Positions 9,172 through 20,040 of a DNA stretch of 64,000 nucleotides are shown here, in pieces. The stretch is from the NCBI GenBank assembly GCA_001600695.1, contig BCKQ01000004.1, positions 291,413-355,412 of the forward strand, written 5' to 3'. The position numbers and the translations under genes were made by a program. Origin of the DNA: Ascoidea asiatica JCM 7603 (lineage: Eukaryota > Fungi > Ascomycota). Position 1 is the first letter of the stretch; the number at the start of each line of letters is the position of its first letter. The notes under the pieces are model-generated. The model was given only the letters and a program-made list of their open reading frames with translations, was not told the DNA's origin and searched no databases.

Positions 9172-12100
9172 CTATAATGCTCTTATATAAACAGGTGCTC
9201 GTTGAGTGTGTTGTAAAATATTATTACTAGAATTAAATATTCTCTCATCAAATATTGTACCCCATTCATATTCACCTTTAGCTAAAATTACTGCACCTAG
9301 CTCATATATACTACTTTCTCCAGGCTTAATATACGGTTCAATCGCCATTTGTAAAGTTCCATTATATAAGATTTTTCTTTCTATTGATCCTCCTGCAACA
9401 ATTGGTATATGCCTTATAAAACCTTTAATATTTTCAGAAGACCTATTTGTAATTCTTGTTTTTATAATAAAGAATTGTTCTGTTTGCACTTCCCAATATA
9501 ATCCATTATGAGCTATAGGTTGAATATTATCATCATCATTTATTGCAGGTATTAATTCAATATCAATACTAATTTTTTCAACTTTTAGTACACTAATCAT
9601 TCTTTGAGATAATCGAATTCCTCTTAATTCAATAAAGCCTTTTCTACCAGTTCTATCTTCACTCCAAAGACCTTTTATATGACGAAGAACTTCCTTCCTG
9701 TACCAAAAAGACTCTTTTATAAATCTGGTTTCTTCTTTTGTACCCTTTTGAGAATGTTTTATATATTGTCTATTTCTTAAACTTGGAATTTCTCTATCAA
9801 GATATTCTGATGAAAAATTTATTCTCTTTATAGGTAATAAGTATCTTTGAGTATGACTTGGCCCAATTGAGTCACCAATGAAATATGAATTATTTTTATT
9901 TGCAATATTCTCGATATCTGAAATATTTTCTCTTATTCCATCTTCATTATCTAAATCGTCTCCCGTTTCAAATAAAAATTCACTACTTCTTAGATCAATA
10001 TTAAATTTTTGATTCCAAGAATTTTTCAAATCTAAAACTAATAAACAATAATCAGAAATATTTTCACCTTTTTTATGAAGATACGACCAAATATAATCTT
10101 GATCTCTTAACATATTTTTATCCGCACTAAAATTATTATCAATAACTTGAGAATGATCCTTAACATTATAAAATAATGGAATTAAATCACATCCAGCAAG
10201 TTCTATACTAGGTTGAACAGTAATATATACTGGAATACTAACTCTTCTAAAATATTTTTCATTATCTTTAAGTTGATTTCCATAATCTAATATAATTGTT
10301 GCATTTTTCATACCTCTTTTACCTTTAACATCTATATCTAATGAAACAATATCATAAGGTTTAACTGATTTTAATTTACCAAAATCTCCCTTTCTGACTT
10401 TTAAAGGTTTTCTTTTCAAAAGATAATATTCAATTTCATATACTTCATTAACAGGAGTATCTCTCGATTCCAATGAGTTTCTTAAAGGTTCTATTGTTGA
10501 ATCTAAAAAGCTAAATGCTAGATAATTTATTATAATATTAGAAAGATTTTTTAATTTAACATTCAAAGAAGACTTTTCACCTTCAAGAAGCATTAACCAT
10601 GAGTTATTTAAGGACAAGTTTGTCAAAATCAAAATTGGTTGAGGTTGAATCACTTTATATTTCAAATTTTTAAAATTTATCCTCTGACTTATTACATTAT
10701 TTTTAAGATTTTCTTTCGATAGATGAACCAATACAGAATTGAAATTATCTGAATTCTTTTCTGAAGATATCTCATTTACATTTTCCTCAAGTATCATATT
10801 AAAATAATCAGGTTTACCTTCTTTATTTACAGGTAAATTAGATCTAAGACCTGTGATTTTTATTTTTTGAGGAAGTTGTATCTTTTCAGTAGCAGCTATC
10901 TTAAAAAACTGCGATTCACAATTACAAACTTTTAAGGTGCAGCCTATAATATTCATAAAACCTGAGTTTAATGGCTTTACGCTGACCAGAATAGATTGAA
11001 AAGAATTTGATAGAATGACAAAATGATTATGATTGTTATTCATCAATGTTTCAAGTTTGACTCTACCATCCGTTTCAACCTTAATCTCATTAATCTCTAT
11101 ATCAAACAGAAAAGGATTTTGAACTCTTATTTGTAAAGTTATTGATTCGTCTTGAATTAAATCCACTGAATCATCATAAAATTCATCTGAAATAAAATCA
11201 ATTTTTTTGTTACTTAAGGAAATTCTATTTTTTGAAAATCTTTTAGCACTTTTACGAATTTCATATGGATTATAAAGTAATGCACTTGGTGAAGATAAAG
11301 TAGATCTTTTAGAAGTAGTAGGTGTAGAATTGTTTGGAGTTAATTCTAGAGCTGATTCATCTCCCAATAATCTTATAGGTCTTAAACTTTCATCAAAGTT
11401 TTTAATAAGAAATACATCTCTGATGATAAATGGATCCCAGTAATATATCTTTATACTTAAATTTAAATTTCGAGAAACATCAACCCCCTTTTTGATCATA
11501 TCATAAAGCTGTATTTGTTCGTTTTTTTTCAAGCAATGTAAATATCTAGTCAATAAAATAGAACTAAAATTAAGCACTCCATGTAAATCATTCAAAGATT
11601 CACAAAAGTTGATACAGGATTTAAGGATTACTTTTTGAGAATAAGACCAATTCGCTTTTGTAGAATCAAATAAAGAAGATTCTGGAGATACACCAATACC
11701 ATAAGCAAACATCAATGAATCAAGAAATTTATGAACATTTTCTTCAAATGGCTTCGAAGGCCTTTCTGATGAATCAACATTACTTATACTTATTTCATTT
11801 CTATTAAAATTATTGTTCACAGAATCTAAGAGAACAAAGTAAGATCCCTCATCAGGTTTTGACTTAGATTGAAACCTTTTACTTAAAGGATTATTTTTGA
11901 AAAATTCAGGTGTTAAAGTTGACATTAACATTTTCAAAATAAACGACATTTTTCTGTAAAGCTCTAAGTCTCCAAATATTGAAGCCAAAGCACAATATAC
12001 TTTACACTGCGATAAAACATCCATTTTTTTGAGCTGAACTGTAAATATTTTGTTGGAAAATTTTATTATATCATATTTGTTAAAATATGTAGAATTTATC

Positions 12101-13485
12101 TCTCTTGTTGAAATCTTTTTTCCACGAATAATATGATCTAAAACTTTTGCATTCAAGCCACCACCAACATGTATAACAGACATAAATTTCATAAATCTTA
12201 AAATTGTTTCACAATAAACTAGTTGAGGAACATAATCTTCATGATCTTCGAATGTTAAAGAATAATAAAATAATGTTCTTTTAGTTAATTTATATATAAT
12301 ATCAGGAATAGGTAGACTCTCATTACCAGTAGTTGCATTTTTAGAAGATTTAGAAGAATTTAGGGTAAATGAATTCCTAGGTGATGTAATAGGTGATTCG
12401 TAATTTACAGGTGCAGTTGAATCAGATCTATGTCTATCTTTTAAGTAATTAAACGAAATGCTTGAGTTTGGAGAACTTATATTTGAGTTATTTGAATCTT
12501 TATCTTTTGAAGTTCCGATTATAGAATCAAGACCTATTGGAATTTTATAAGGGATTCCAAGAAAAGATAGTAAAAGAAAACAAATTCCGATCCCTTCCAA
12601 AGTAGAACCAAGCCACAAGAAATCATTCGCCATTTTTAATAATTGGGCAGCTTCTCCGAATTCTTTTAATGCATCAGTTACTTTTCCTGCTAATAAAAAA
12701 AAATTTCCAAGAATTTTTTGTTGTCTACCTTTCTGTCTACTTTCCTTTTTTTCTGTAGAACCTCTTAATGATAATTTGCTGTTTAACTCAAGAGCTAAAG
12801 TTGAATCTGTTGAGAGTCTCGATTTTGACTTTGATTTTGATTTATTGGATATTGCAGAAACTGCTGGAAGGGCAATTGAATCCCTCGGGCGATGAGAGGA
12901 TAAAGAAGTTTTTAAAACATCACTTGCACTTATTGTTCCAGGAGATCTTAAAGTGACATGTTGAAACGATTGAGCATATAATGACAAGGCAGATAGAAAA
13001 TTATGAGTTATACTTTTTATTATATCTTCTGGCTTTGAAAAAGGAAAATTATATATATTATTTTGAGTTTGATTAGAAAGTTTATCAGTAGAAGAGTTAC
13101 AAATTATTATATTTTGAACAATTGAAGTATTATATTTTTTCTTTAAGTTAACCAAATGCTGTTTTAATTGATCCAAATCTAAAATTTCTGAATAATTCAA
13201 TACACCAACAATTATAAAATTCTTCCTAAAAGGTTCAAAATCCTGAAAAAAAATTGATTCTTCATCATTCAAACATAATCTTAAATCATATATAATTCTT
13301 CCACTTGGAGAACTCTGAGGATTGAAAATTGAGGATTTCACAGATTCGATTTCGCTTAATTTAACTTCAAAAAAGCCTTTAATTGAATCAAAACATGTTA
13401 GGAAATCTTGATCCGAAATATTATCAATTGGAATAAATAGTGTTTTTACTCTTGAAGGGGCAGTATATGAGTAAGCATCCAACAT
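9172..13485 (-). CDS. TRS120: TRAPP II complex subunit Trs120
   Basis: 1437 aa; APSRVKTLFIPI, DFEPFR, GRQQKILGNFFLLAG, DFLWLGSTLEG, YYWDPF, IPSLRNRQY, GEYEWG. Confidence 0.9.
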   Translation of the reverse strand: MLDAYSYTAPSRVKTLFIPIDNISDQDFLTCFDSIKGFFEVKLSEIESVKSSIFNPQSSPSGRIIYDLRLCLNDEESIFFQDFEPFRKNFIIVGVLNYSEILDLDQLKQHLVNLKKKYNTSIVQNIIICNSSTDKLSNQTQNNIYNFPFSKPEDIIKSITHNFLSALSLYAQSFQHVTLRSPGTISASDVLKTSLSSHRPRDSIALPAVSAISNKSKSKSKSRLSTDSTLALELNSKLSLRGSTEKKESRQKGRQQKILGNFFLLAGKVTDALKEFGEAAQLLKMANDFLWLGSTLEGIGICFLLLSFLGIPYKIPIGLDSIIGTSKDKDSNNSNISSPNSSISFNYLKDRHRSDSTAPVNYESPITSPRNSFTLNSSKSSKNATTGNESLPIPDIIYKLTKRTLFYYSLTFEDHEDYVPQLVYCETILRFMKFMSVIHVGGGLNAKVLDHIIRGKKISTREINSTYFNKYDIIKFSNKIFTVQLKKMDVLSQCKVYCALASIFGDLELYRKMSFILKMLMSTLTPEFFKNNPLSKRFQSKSKPDEGSYFVLLDSVNNNFNRNEISISNVDSSERPSKPFEENVHKFLDSLMFAYGIGVSPESSLFDSTKANWSYSQKVILKSCINFCESLNDLHGVLNFSSILLTRYLHCLKKNEQIQLYDMIKKGVDVSRNLNLSIKIYYWDPFIIRDVFLIKNFDESLRPIRLLGDESALELTPNNSTPTTSKRSTLSSPSALLYNPYEIRKSAKRFSKNRISLSNKKIDFISDEFYDDSVDLIQDESITLQIRVQNPFLFDIEINEIKVETDGRVKLETLMNNNHNHFVILSNSFQSILVSVKPLNSGFMNIIGCTLKVCNCESQFFKIAATEKIQLPQKIKITGLRSNLPVNKEGKPDYFNMILEENVNEISSEKNSDNFNSVLVHLSKENLKNNVISQRINFKNLKYKVIQPQPILILTNLSLNNSWLMLLEGEKSSLNVKLKNLSNIIINYLAFSFLDSTIEPLRNSLESRDTPVNEVYEIEYYLLKRKPLKVRKGDFGKLKSVKPYDIVSLDIDVKGKRGMKNATIILDYGNQLKDNEKYFRRVSIPVYITVQPSIELAGCDLIPLFYNVKDHSQVIDNNFSADKNMLRDQDYIWSYLHKKGENISDYCLLVLDLKNSWNQKFNIDLRSSEFLFETGDDLDNEDGIRENISDIENIANKNNSYFIGDSIGPSHTQRYLLPIKRINFSSEYLDREIPSLRNRQYIKHSQKGTKEETRFIKESFWYRKEVLRHIKGLWSEDRTGRKGFIELRGIRLSQRMISVLKVEKISIDIELIPAINDDDNIQPIAHNGLYWEVQTEQFFIIKTRITNRSSENIKGFIRHIPIVAGGSIERKILYNGTLQMAIEPYIKPGESSIYELGAVILAKGEYEWGTIFDERIFNSSNNILQHTQRAPVYIRAL

Positions 13486-14474
13486 ATCTGATCAACAATA
13501 AAGAAGAATCTAGAAATAAAGTAAGTTTAAAGGCACAAATAAAATGAATGAATTTTTAACCTTTGTTCCTTGTTTCTTTTCCTTTAACTTTCATGAAAGC
13601 TTTGAACAATTGAAGTAATTGGCTTTCTTTTTAATTATTCAATATATTTGCAAATTTAGATGAATCGTTTAAATCAAATCATAATTCATTATTTTTCAGA
13701 ATTAGCCTGCTACGTATTATGAAAACAGTAATGGACAATTGATCCACAACTTATCAGTTTTGAAGCTGATCCTTGGTTTTAACAGCGGACCGGAAATCTA
13801 CTCAAAGCCTATTTTATGCCGTGGCACGATAACTTTCCAAAATCTAGCCCAAACTAAACTCTCTCTGGAGAGATCAAATACTTTAAAAAAGTTTTTTCAT
13901 AAAGTAGCATTACATATCTTCATTAGTATTTTAATTATTCTTAGAAGTTAATAATTCACGAATATGTATAATTAAAATTCAAAAATGATGGCCGAGTTTG
14001 TTTTGAGTTTCCCGGAAATTTTTATATAGAAAAATAAAGAGCACAAAAGTTATTTTGTGTTGTTCAAAATCAACGATTAATATGCAATTTCATATATGAA
14101 AAAATAATTAAAGCAGATTACATAATTGCATCATCATAATATATATTTGGTGAAAAGCAAAAAAAATTCGAAACTATGATGTTTTGCAGCGAGTTTTTAT
14201 CTCCCCGTTTTGGCAATAATAATAGAACATCATTGTAAATAATTCTAGAAAAATTGCTTAAAAAGCTTATAAGCATTCAAAGTAGATCAAGAAATTTCAA
14301 GTGATAAAAGCATAAGCCTCGCGAAATATATACCTTTAAAAGGGATAAAAAGTTAATACATTTTTATAGAAAAAAACAATATTACAAAAATATTATAAAT
14401 ATTCCTTGTAATAAAAAAGGATCAAATATCAATAAAATATTTATCATCAGTAGCATATGCGCAATGATATTTAC

Positions 14475-15761
14475 TTAGTATCTATTTTTGATATAATTTT
14501 TTCTCAAAGCTATTTTTTTCAATTCCTCCTCTTTTTTCTTATTCATTTTTAATATAAAATCTGTAGGACTAGCTTCTGGATGTTTTGTGAAATCAACTTC
14601 TGATTCTTCTTCTTCAGAATTAATATCATTGGATTTCATGATTCCATTTGATTTAGTTCTACTAGAATCCCATGCAAAAGTTTTTAGCTTTTCATAATTT
14701 GCAGCTTCTCCATTTAAATGACGAACAAATAAATTACTATTATTGATATATCCAGTGTTAACATCTCGTATGGATCTTGTTTTTGGATTATATGAAATTT
14801 CTAAATCATCATCTTCATTTTCTCTTTTTTTAGAATTTATACCTTTAAGATAAACAGCTTTGTCTTCAAGAATTCTAATGATTTTTTCACCATTAGCTTT
14901 CTCATTTTCAATTTTTGATCTATAAATTTCTTTTGTTAAACCTAATTCATTTAATTCTATTTCTTCATCTGAGGAATCATAATCATCATAATCTTTTTTT
15001 TTCATGCATTCAATTAACCTGTCTAATTCTTTCATTTTTTCCTTTTCTAATTTCTTTTTTTCATTTTCTTGCCATATTTTCAAAGAATCATTCCAATTAT
15101 CACGATTGTAACCGTACCATCTATCACGCCTTTCATCATAATTATCCAATTTATTTTTAGAATTATCACCGTCGCTTCGCACATTAACTGAGCTGAAGGT
15201 ATTTTTGGGTGTATTTTTGGTTTCACAGTCACTTTCATTATCACTTTTCTTTTCGTTTTCTCTTTTTCTGTATTGAATACTTGTTGCAACTTGTTTTTCT
15301 AAACAATCTCGTTTGGTATGATTTATAGATCCACAATTTGTGCAAAAGTTTGATTTTGAATTAAAAGGATTATTATCTGCTTGTATATTTGGTTTAGAAA
15401 TTTTATTTTTTGTAAATTCAAGCTTGTTATTATGTTTTCTTTTCGAATTTTTTTTATTTTCAGAATCTTTTGATAAGAATGATATTTTGTTATCTCCTAT
15501 TTCTTTGAATGTATCATTTATTCCATATCCATGTTTAGAAACTGAAAAATTTTTCGGTTTATCAAAAGGATCTTTTCTTTGATGCGCTAAATAGTCCTCA
15601 CTTTCATGATTACTATTCACATCACTTTCAGCTTTATACCAAGGAGATTCAGAAATAAATTTAGGAATATATTGATTTTTTTGGGCCGCTTTTCGTGAAA
15701 TACTTTTATTATTATCATTGGATCCATTTCCGTTATTTTTGAGATTTAGAGAAGTTCCCAT
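14475..15761 (-). CDS. SLU7: Pre-mRNA splicing factor Slu7
   Basis: NQYIPKFISESPWY, DYLAHQR, zinc knuckle CTNCGSINHTKRDC, YDERRDRWYGY, YNPKTRSIR. Confidence 0.92.
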   Translation of the reverse strand: MGTSLNLKNNGNGSNDNNKSISRKAAQKNQYIPKFISESPWYKAESDVNSNHESEDYLAHQRKDPFDKPKNFSVSKHGYGINDTFKEIGDNKISFLSKDSENKKNSKRKHNNKLEFTKNKISKPNIQADNNPFNSKSNFCTNCGSINHTKRDCLEKQVATSIQYRKRENEKKSDNESDCETKNTPKNTFSSVNVRSDGDNSKNKLDNYDERRDRWYGYNRDNWNDSLKIWQENEKKKLEKEKMKELDRLIECMKKKDYDDYDSSDEEIELNELGLTKEIYRSKIENEKANGEKIIRILEDKAVYLKGINSKKRENEDDDLEISYNPKTRSIRDVNTGYINNSNLFVRHLNGEAANYEKLKTFAWDSSRTKSNGIMKSNDINSEEEESEVDFTKHPEASPTDFILKMNKKKEEELKKIALRKNYIKNRY

Positions 15762-16178
15762 TTATTTAATGTTATTGATTATAGTAATTCTGATCTCTGA
15801 ACTTTTATTATTAATATAGTTTTTCACCGCTTTTAAATTCTACAAAATAATTTTAATAAAAATTAAAGATTAGCTTTACCCCACTGAAAAACCAGTAATT
15901 TTTGATAATAAATCAATTATAAAAATATATTAACAACTGGAAATATTAATTATTTCATTAAACTGGCATCATTATTGAAATACACATTTTTTTAATCTTA
16001 TCAGCCTTTTCTGGATGACTTTATTCTTTGATCGGAACCAGCCGTGTGGGTGCTTTGGAGAAATTATTCATTATTCAGCTATGTCCGACATAATAAACCT
16101 TCGACTTGAAATCTAATTTTTGAAGGTTTTACACTTTTAGTATTTGTTGAGGAATAAATATTTTTGAAGTCTGTAATA

Positions 16179-17591
16179 ATGGTTGAAAGAACTGAAATGT
16201 CACTAAAAGAAACAAAAAAGGAGTTATTGAGGCTACAAAATGAAAATAAACTCTTGAAAGAGAAACTAGCACTAAATAAATCCCAGACACTGAAAAAAGT
16301 AGAAAATGCTTATTTAAAAGAGAATGATATTAAGAATTTTACAGGACTTTCATTAAAAGAATATAGAAAATATGGAAGACAATTACTAGTTCCTGATTTC
16401 AATGGAGTTAAGTCTCAGATTGCACTCAAAAATTCTAGGATTCTTGTTGTTGGAGCAGGAGGATTGGGATGTCCAGCATTACTCTATCTCACTGGTTGTG
16501 GAGTAGGGGTTATAGGGATTATAGATCATGATACAGTCGATTTATCAAATTTACATAGGCAAATTCTTCATAATACAAAAGAAATCGGAAATTTAAAGGT
16601 TGAATCAGCAAAAAATTATCTTTCATTATTAAACCCCGATGTAGAATTTGAGTTATATCCTGAATCATTAAATAACGAAAATGCCTTCAAGATAATTGAT
16701 AAATATGATTTAGTATTGGATTGTACAGATACACCAATGTTACGTTATCTTATAAATGATGTTTGTGTTTTATTAGAAAAAACGATTATATCAGGTTCTG
16801 GTTTAAAAACAGAAGGGCAATTATCAATTTTGAATTTTATGCAAACAGGACCCTGTTATAGATGTTTTTATCCTAGACCTCCTCCTCCAAATAACGTAAC
16901 TTCTTGTCAAGATGGTGGTGTTATAGGACCCTGTATTGGTATAATTGGAACTATGATGGCAGTTGAGACAATAAAAGTATTAACTAACTATTATACATTG
17001 GAAAATTTTCAGTCATTTTTGACAATATATGATGGGTTTGCAAATATATCCCAAACTCTTAAAACCTTCAAAATGAGAGGAAAACAAAAAAACTGTAAAA
17101 TCTGTGGTACAAATCCAGAAATTACAAAGGATATGATAATTAATGGTGATATTGACTATGTCCAATTTTGTGGACGTCTTGATTATAACGTTTTAGATTC
17201 AGAAGAAAGAATTTCGTCTGATTTTTATTATAAATCGGTTTTGAAACAAAATAAACCCCATTTATTGATTGATGTTAGGCAAGCAGTTCAATGGGATATT
17301 GCGCATTTGCCAAATTCTATACATATTGAGCTCAGTGATCTTAAAAATATTGGAACAATATCAGATTTAAGGTCTTTGCTAAATTCAAGGTTAATCGAAC
17401 AGGATAAAAAATTCAAAGAAGATGAAGATTTAGAAAATGAAACAATATACTGTGTATGTAGACGTGGTAACGATTCTCAGTTGGCTGTTAAATTTTTAAA
17501 AACAGAGTTCAACTTAAAGAATGTTTTTGATATTACTGGAGGTCTCGCTAAATGGTCAGAGAATGTGGATACTAAATTTCCTGTTTATTGA
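16179..17591 (+). CDS. UBA4: Adenylyltransferase/sulfurtransferase Uba4/MOCS3 (ThiF/MoeB plus rhodanese)
   Basis: YGRQL, VGAGGLGCP, SNLHRQ, PCYRC, SCQDGGVIGP, rhodanese VCRRGNDSQ, C-terminal FPVY; first ATG is at 16179. Confidence 0.95.
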   Translation: MVERTEMSLKETKKELLRLQNENKLLKEKLALNKSQTLKKVENAYLKENDIKNFTGLSLKEYRKYGRQLLVPDFNGVKSQIALKNSRILVVGAGGLGCPALLYLTGCGVGVIGIIDHDTVDLSNLHRQILHNTKEIGNLKVESAKNYLSLLNPDVEFELYPESLNNENAFKIIDKYDLVLDCTDTPMLRYLINDVCVLLEKTIISGSGLKTEGQLSILNFMQTGPCYRCFYPRPPPPNNVTSCQDGGVIGPCIGIIGTMMAVETIKVLTNYYTLENFQSFLTIYDGFANISQTLKTFKMRGKQKNCKICGTNPEITKDMIINGDIDYVQFCGRLDYNVLDSEERISSDFYYKSVLKQNKPHLLIDVRQAVQWDIAHLPNSIHIELSDLKNIGTISDLRSLLNSRLIEQDKKFKEDEDLENETIYCVCRRGNDSQLAVKFLKTEFNLKNVFDITGGLAKWSENVDTKFPVY

Positions 17592-18066
17592 AATTGAATT
17601 TAGAAAAAAAGGAAAATTAGTTGTATTTCCTTTGAATAATCCTTCTTTAAAGTAATAAAAGGTATTGATAAAAATTTTATATTTTATAAAGGTTATAGAA
17701 AAGTATATAATTGATTCAAAATGAGTCAAATGAAAAATAGTATTGTGAGAAAAAAATTATGCATCCAATAATATATATGAATATCAATCAAGCAAATTTA
17801 AAAGCAAAGCAAATCGAGAAAAAAAAAGCCAAAAAAAAAATATTTAGAAAATCATAGATATCAAACTAAAAAAATAAAAGGTATCAACCATTCATTCCTT
17901 TAAACATAAAAAAAAAATAAAACTAAAAAAAAAGTGAATTCAAAAATTTGAACCAATCCATTTCCAACAATGCAGTTAATAAAAGGGGGAAAGGAATCAA
18001 GAGAAGTAAAAGAAGAAATATCTTAAGTGATTGTTGTGGCAGTTGTTAGTTCTCTTCAAATTGAAA

Positions 18067-20040
18067 TTATTCTTTCCATCTCTCTAAAACCCCTTCCGCC
18101 CACCTGCTGAGTAACAATTCTTCTACATTATCTCTTTTTCTAATTTCTTTTGGTTTATCCGAATTATCTGAGGATGTCGAAGAATTACTGTTTAAATGCT
18201 TAGGAATTATGAGAGAAGAAAGCTTTTGATTTTTATCCACACCTTTCAAGACATCTTTTAGAAACTTAAATAATAAATCTGAATTATTTAAAGTATTCTG
18301 GGATGAATTATTCGAAATTTCTGTTGAACTTGAAAGAATCGAAGCATTTCTCGTACTAAAGGTCTGTTTTTTAGAAGTTGAAATTTCTTGCAGTGTAGAG
18401 TTTGAATCAATTTCTTCATTAATAACTTTTTCATCATTTTCAATAGTAACAAAATCTTTTAAGCAATTAATCAAATTATTGAGTTTATTATATTGAGATG
18501 AATTTAGATCATATTTAACCCGGTGATTTTTCTTGTAATTTGTTAATGATTCGTCTAAAACCAGATTTTCTTGATTCATATTTATAGACGATGATGAATT
18601 GAAAAATTTGCTTGAAGATTCATTGATGATTTTAGTAAAATCTTCTTTGATTAATTCTTTTTTATTTGAAAATGATTGATGATCCAAAGTTTCATCTAAT
18701 GATTTTCCATATAGAGAAGAATCTTTTTGTTGGGGTAACATTGAATTTTGAGATGATATTAAATCAGAGCCAGAATATATTGAGTTGTTATCGTTATTGT
18801 TCGAATAAGATGCAGAGAGATGTGGATTATGATTTGTAAATTCATTATAACACACAGAGGGTGAGTTTTGGGAAGGTAAATAGGATGAATTAGTAGATGT
18901 TACTGAAGATGAATGTGAATAGCTACTACTAGCTTGAGAGTGATTTGATGCTGAACTTCCTGAACTTGATCTACTTCCGGATTTTACTGGAGATTGTTTT
19001 GGAGTTTTAAAAATAATTGAGTCATTGGAATTTGAATTTTGAGTCTGATTTTGATTTGAAGATAATTTAATAGTATCGAAATCAAAAGAAATTTGAGAAG
19101 TTATGTCATCTTTGTTCTCTTTTATAATAGTTGGTTCATATATTTTTGAATTAGATCTTGCATAATCGGTATGATCAAGTTCCCATTCTTTTCTTATTTT
19201 AATTAAATCTTTTAATAAAATATTATCACCAGCTTTTCTAATAAATTTATGTTTTAATAGTTGTTTTGCAGTTGGTCTTTCATTTGGATCTTTTTGTAAA
19301 CATAATTTAATAAAATTTTGAAATTCTAAAGAATAATTTTTATTTTTTGGTAAAGCAGGAGAAGGATTTTCAGGAATTAGAAATAAAACTTTTAAAGGAT
19401 GTATATTCGATAATGGAGGTTTTCCTAATGCGAATTCTATTGCAGTTATTCCAAGAGACCAAATATCAGCTTTATAATTATAATCTTGTTGTAAAATAAC
19501 TTCTGGAGACATCCAAAATGGAGTACCAACGAAAGTATTTCTTCTGCTTAAATTATTTGTTAACTGAGTTGCTACACCAAAATCACCAATTTTAACATCA
19601 CCATTAATATTAACTAAAACATTAGCTGCTTTAACGTCTCTATGAATTTTACTTGATTGATGTAAATAATTCAAAGCTTTTAATAATTCTCTACATAAAA
19701 TTGAAATATATTTTTCTTCAAATGGTTTTGGTAATAAAAGATCAAGACAAGAACCTCCATCTAATAATTCCATTATTATCCATAGCTTAAAGCCTTTAAC
19801 AAAAGAACCATAATATCTTGTTATTTGAGGAAAATTACAATTTGATAATATTGTTATTTCTTTTTGAATTTCATCTATATCTTCATCGCAAGATTCCAAA
19901 TCTATTTGTTTTACAGCAACATTTATTTTTTCAATTAAATCATATCCTTTATAAACTACACCAAAAGATCCTTTACCTAATTGCTCAGATAATTTAAATT
20001 GATCAGCAGAAAAAATTCTTTGAGATTTACTTGAATTCAT
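18067..20040 (-). CDS. Ste20/GCK-family Ser/Thr kinase with N-terminal catalytic domain (Sps1/Sid1-like)
   Basis: GKGSFG, HRDVKAANVL, DFG, RNTFVGTPFWMSPE; Ser/Asn-rich tail ending VEELLLSRW. Confidence 0.88.
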   Translation of the reverse strand: MNSSKSQRIFSADQFKLSEQLGKGSFGVVYKGYDLIEKINVAVKQIDLESCDEDIDEIQKEITILSNCNFPQITRYYGSFVKGFKLWIIMELLDGGSCLDLLLPKPFEEKYISILCRELLKALNYLHQSSKIHRDVKAANVLVNINGDVKIGDFGVATQLTNNLSRRNTFVGTPFWMSPEVILQQDYNYKADIWSLGITAIEFALGKPPLSNIHPLKVLFLIPENPSPALPKNKNYSLEFQNFIKLCLQKDPNERPTAKQLLKHKFIRKAGDNILLKDLIKIRKEWELDHTDYARSNSKIYEPTIIKENKDDITSQISFDFDTIKLSSNQNQTQNSNSNDSIIFKTPKQSPVKSGSRSSSGSSASNHSQASSSYSHSSSVTSTNSSYLPSQNSPSVCYNEFTNHNPHLSASYSNNNDNNSIYSGSDLISSQNSMLPQQKDSSLYGKSLDETLDHQSFSNKKELIKEDFTKIINESSSKFFNSSSSINMNQENLVLDESLTNYKKNHRVKYDLNSSQYNKLNNLINCLKDFVTIENDEKVINEEIDSNSTLQEISTSKKQTFSTRNASILSSSTEISNNSSQNTLNNSDLLFKFLKDVLKGVDKNQKLSSLIIPKHLNSNSSTSSDNSDKPKEIRKRDNVEELLLSRWAEGVLERWKE

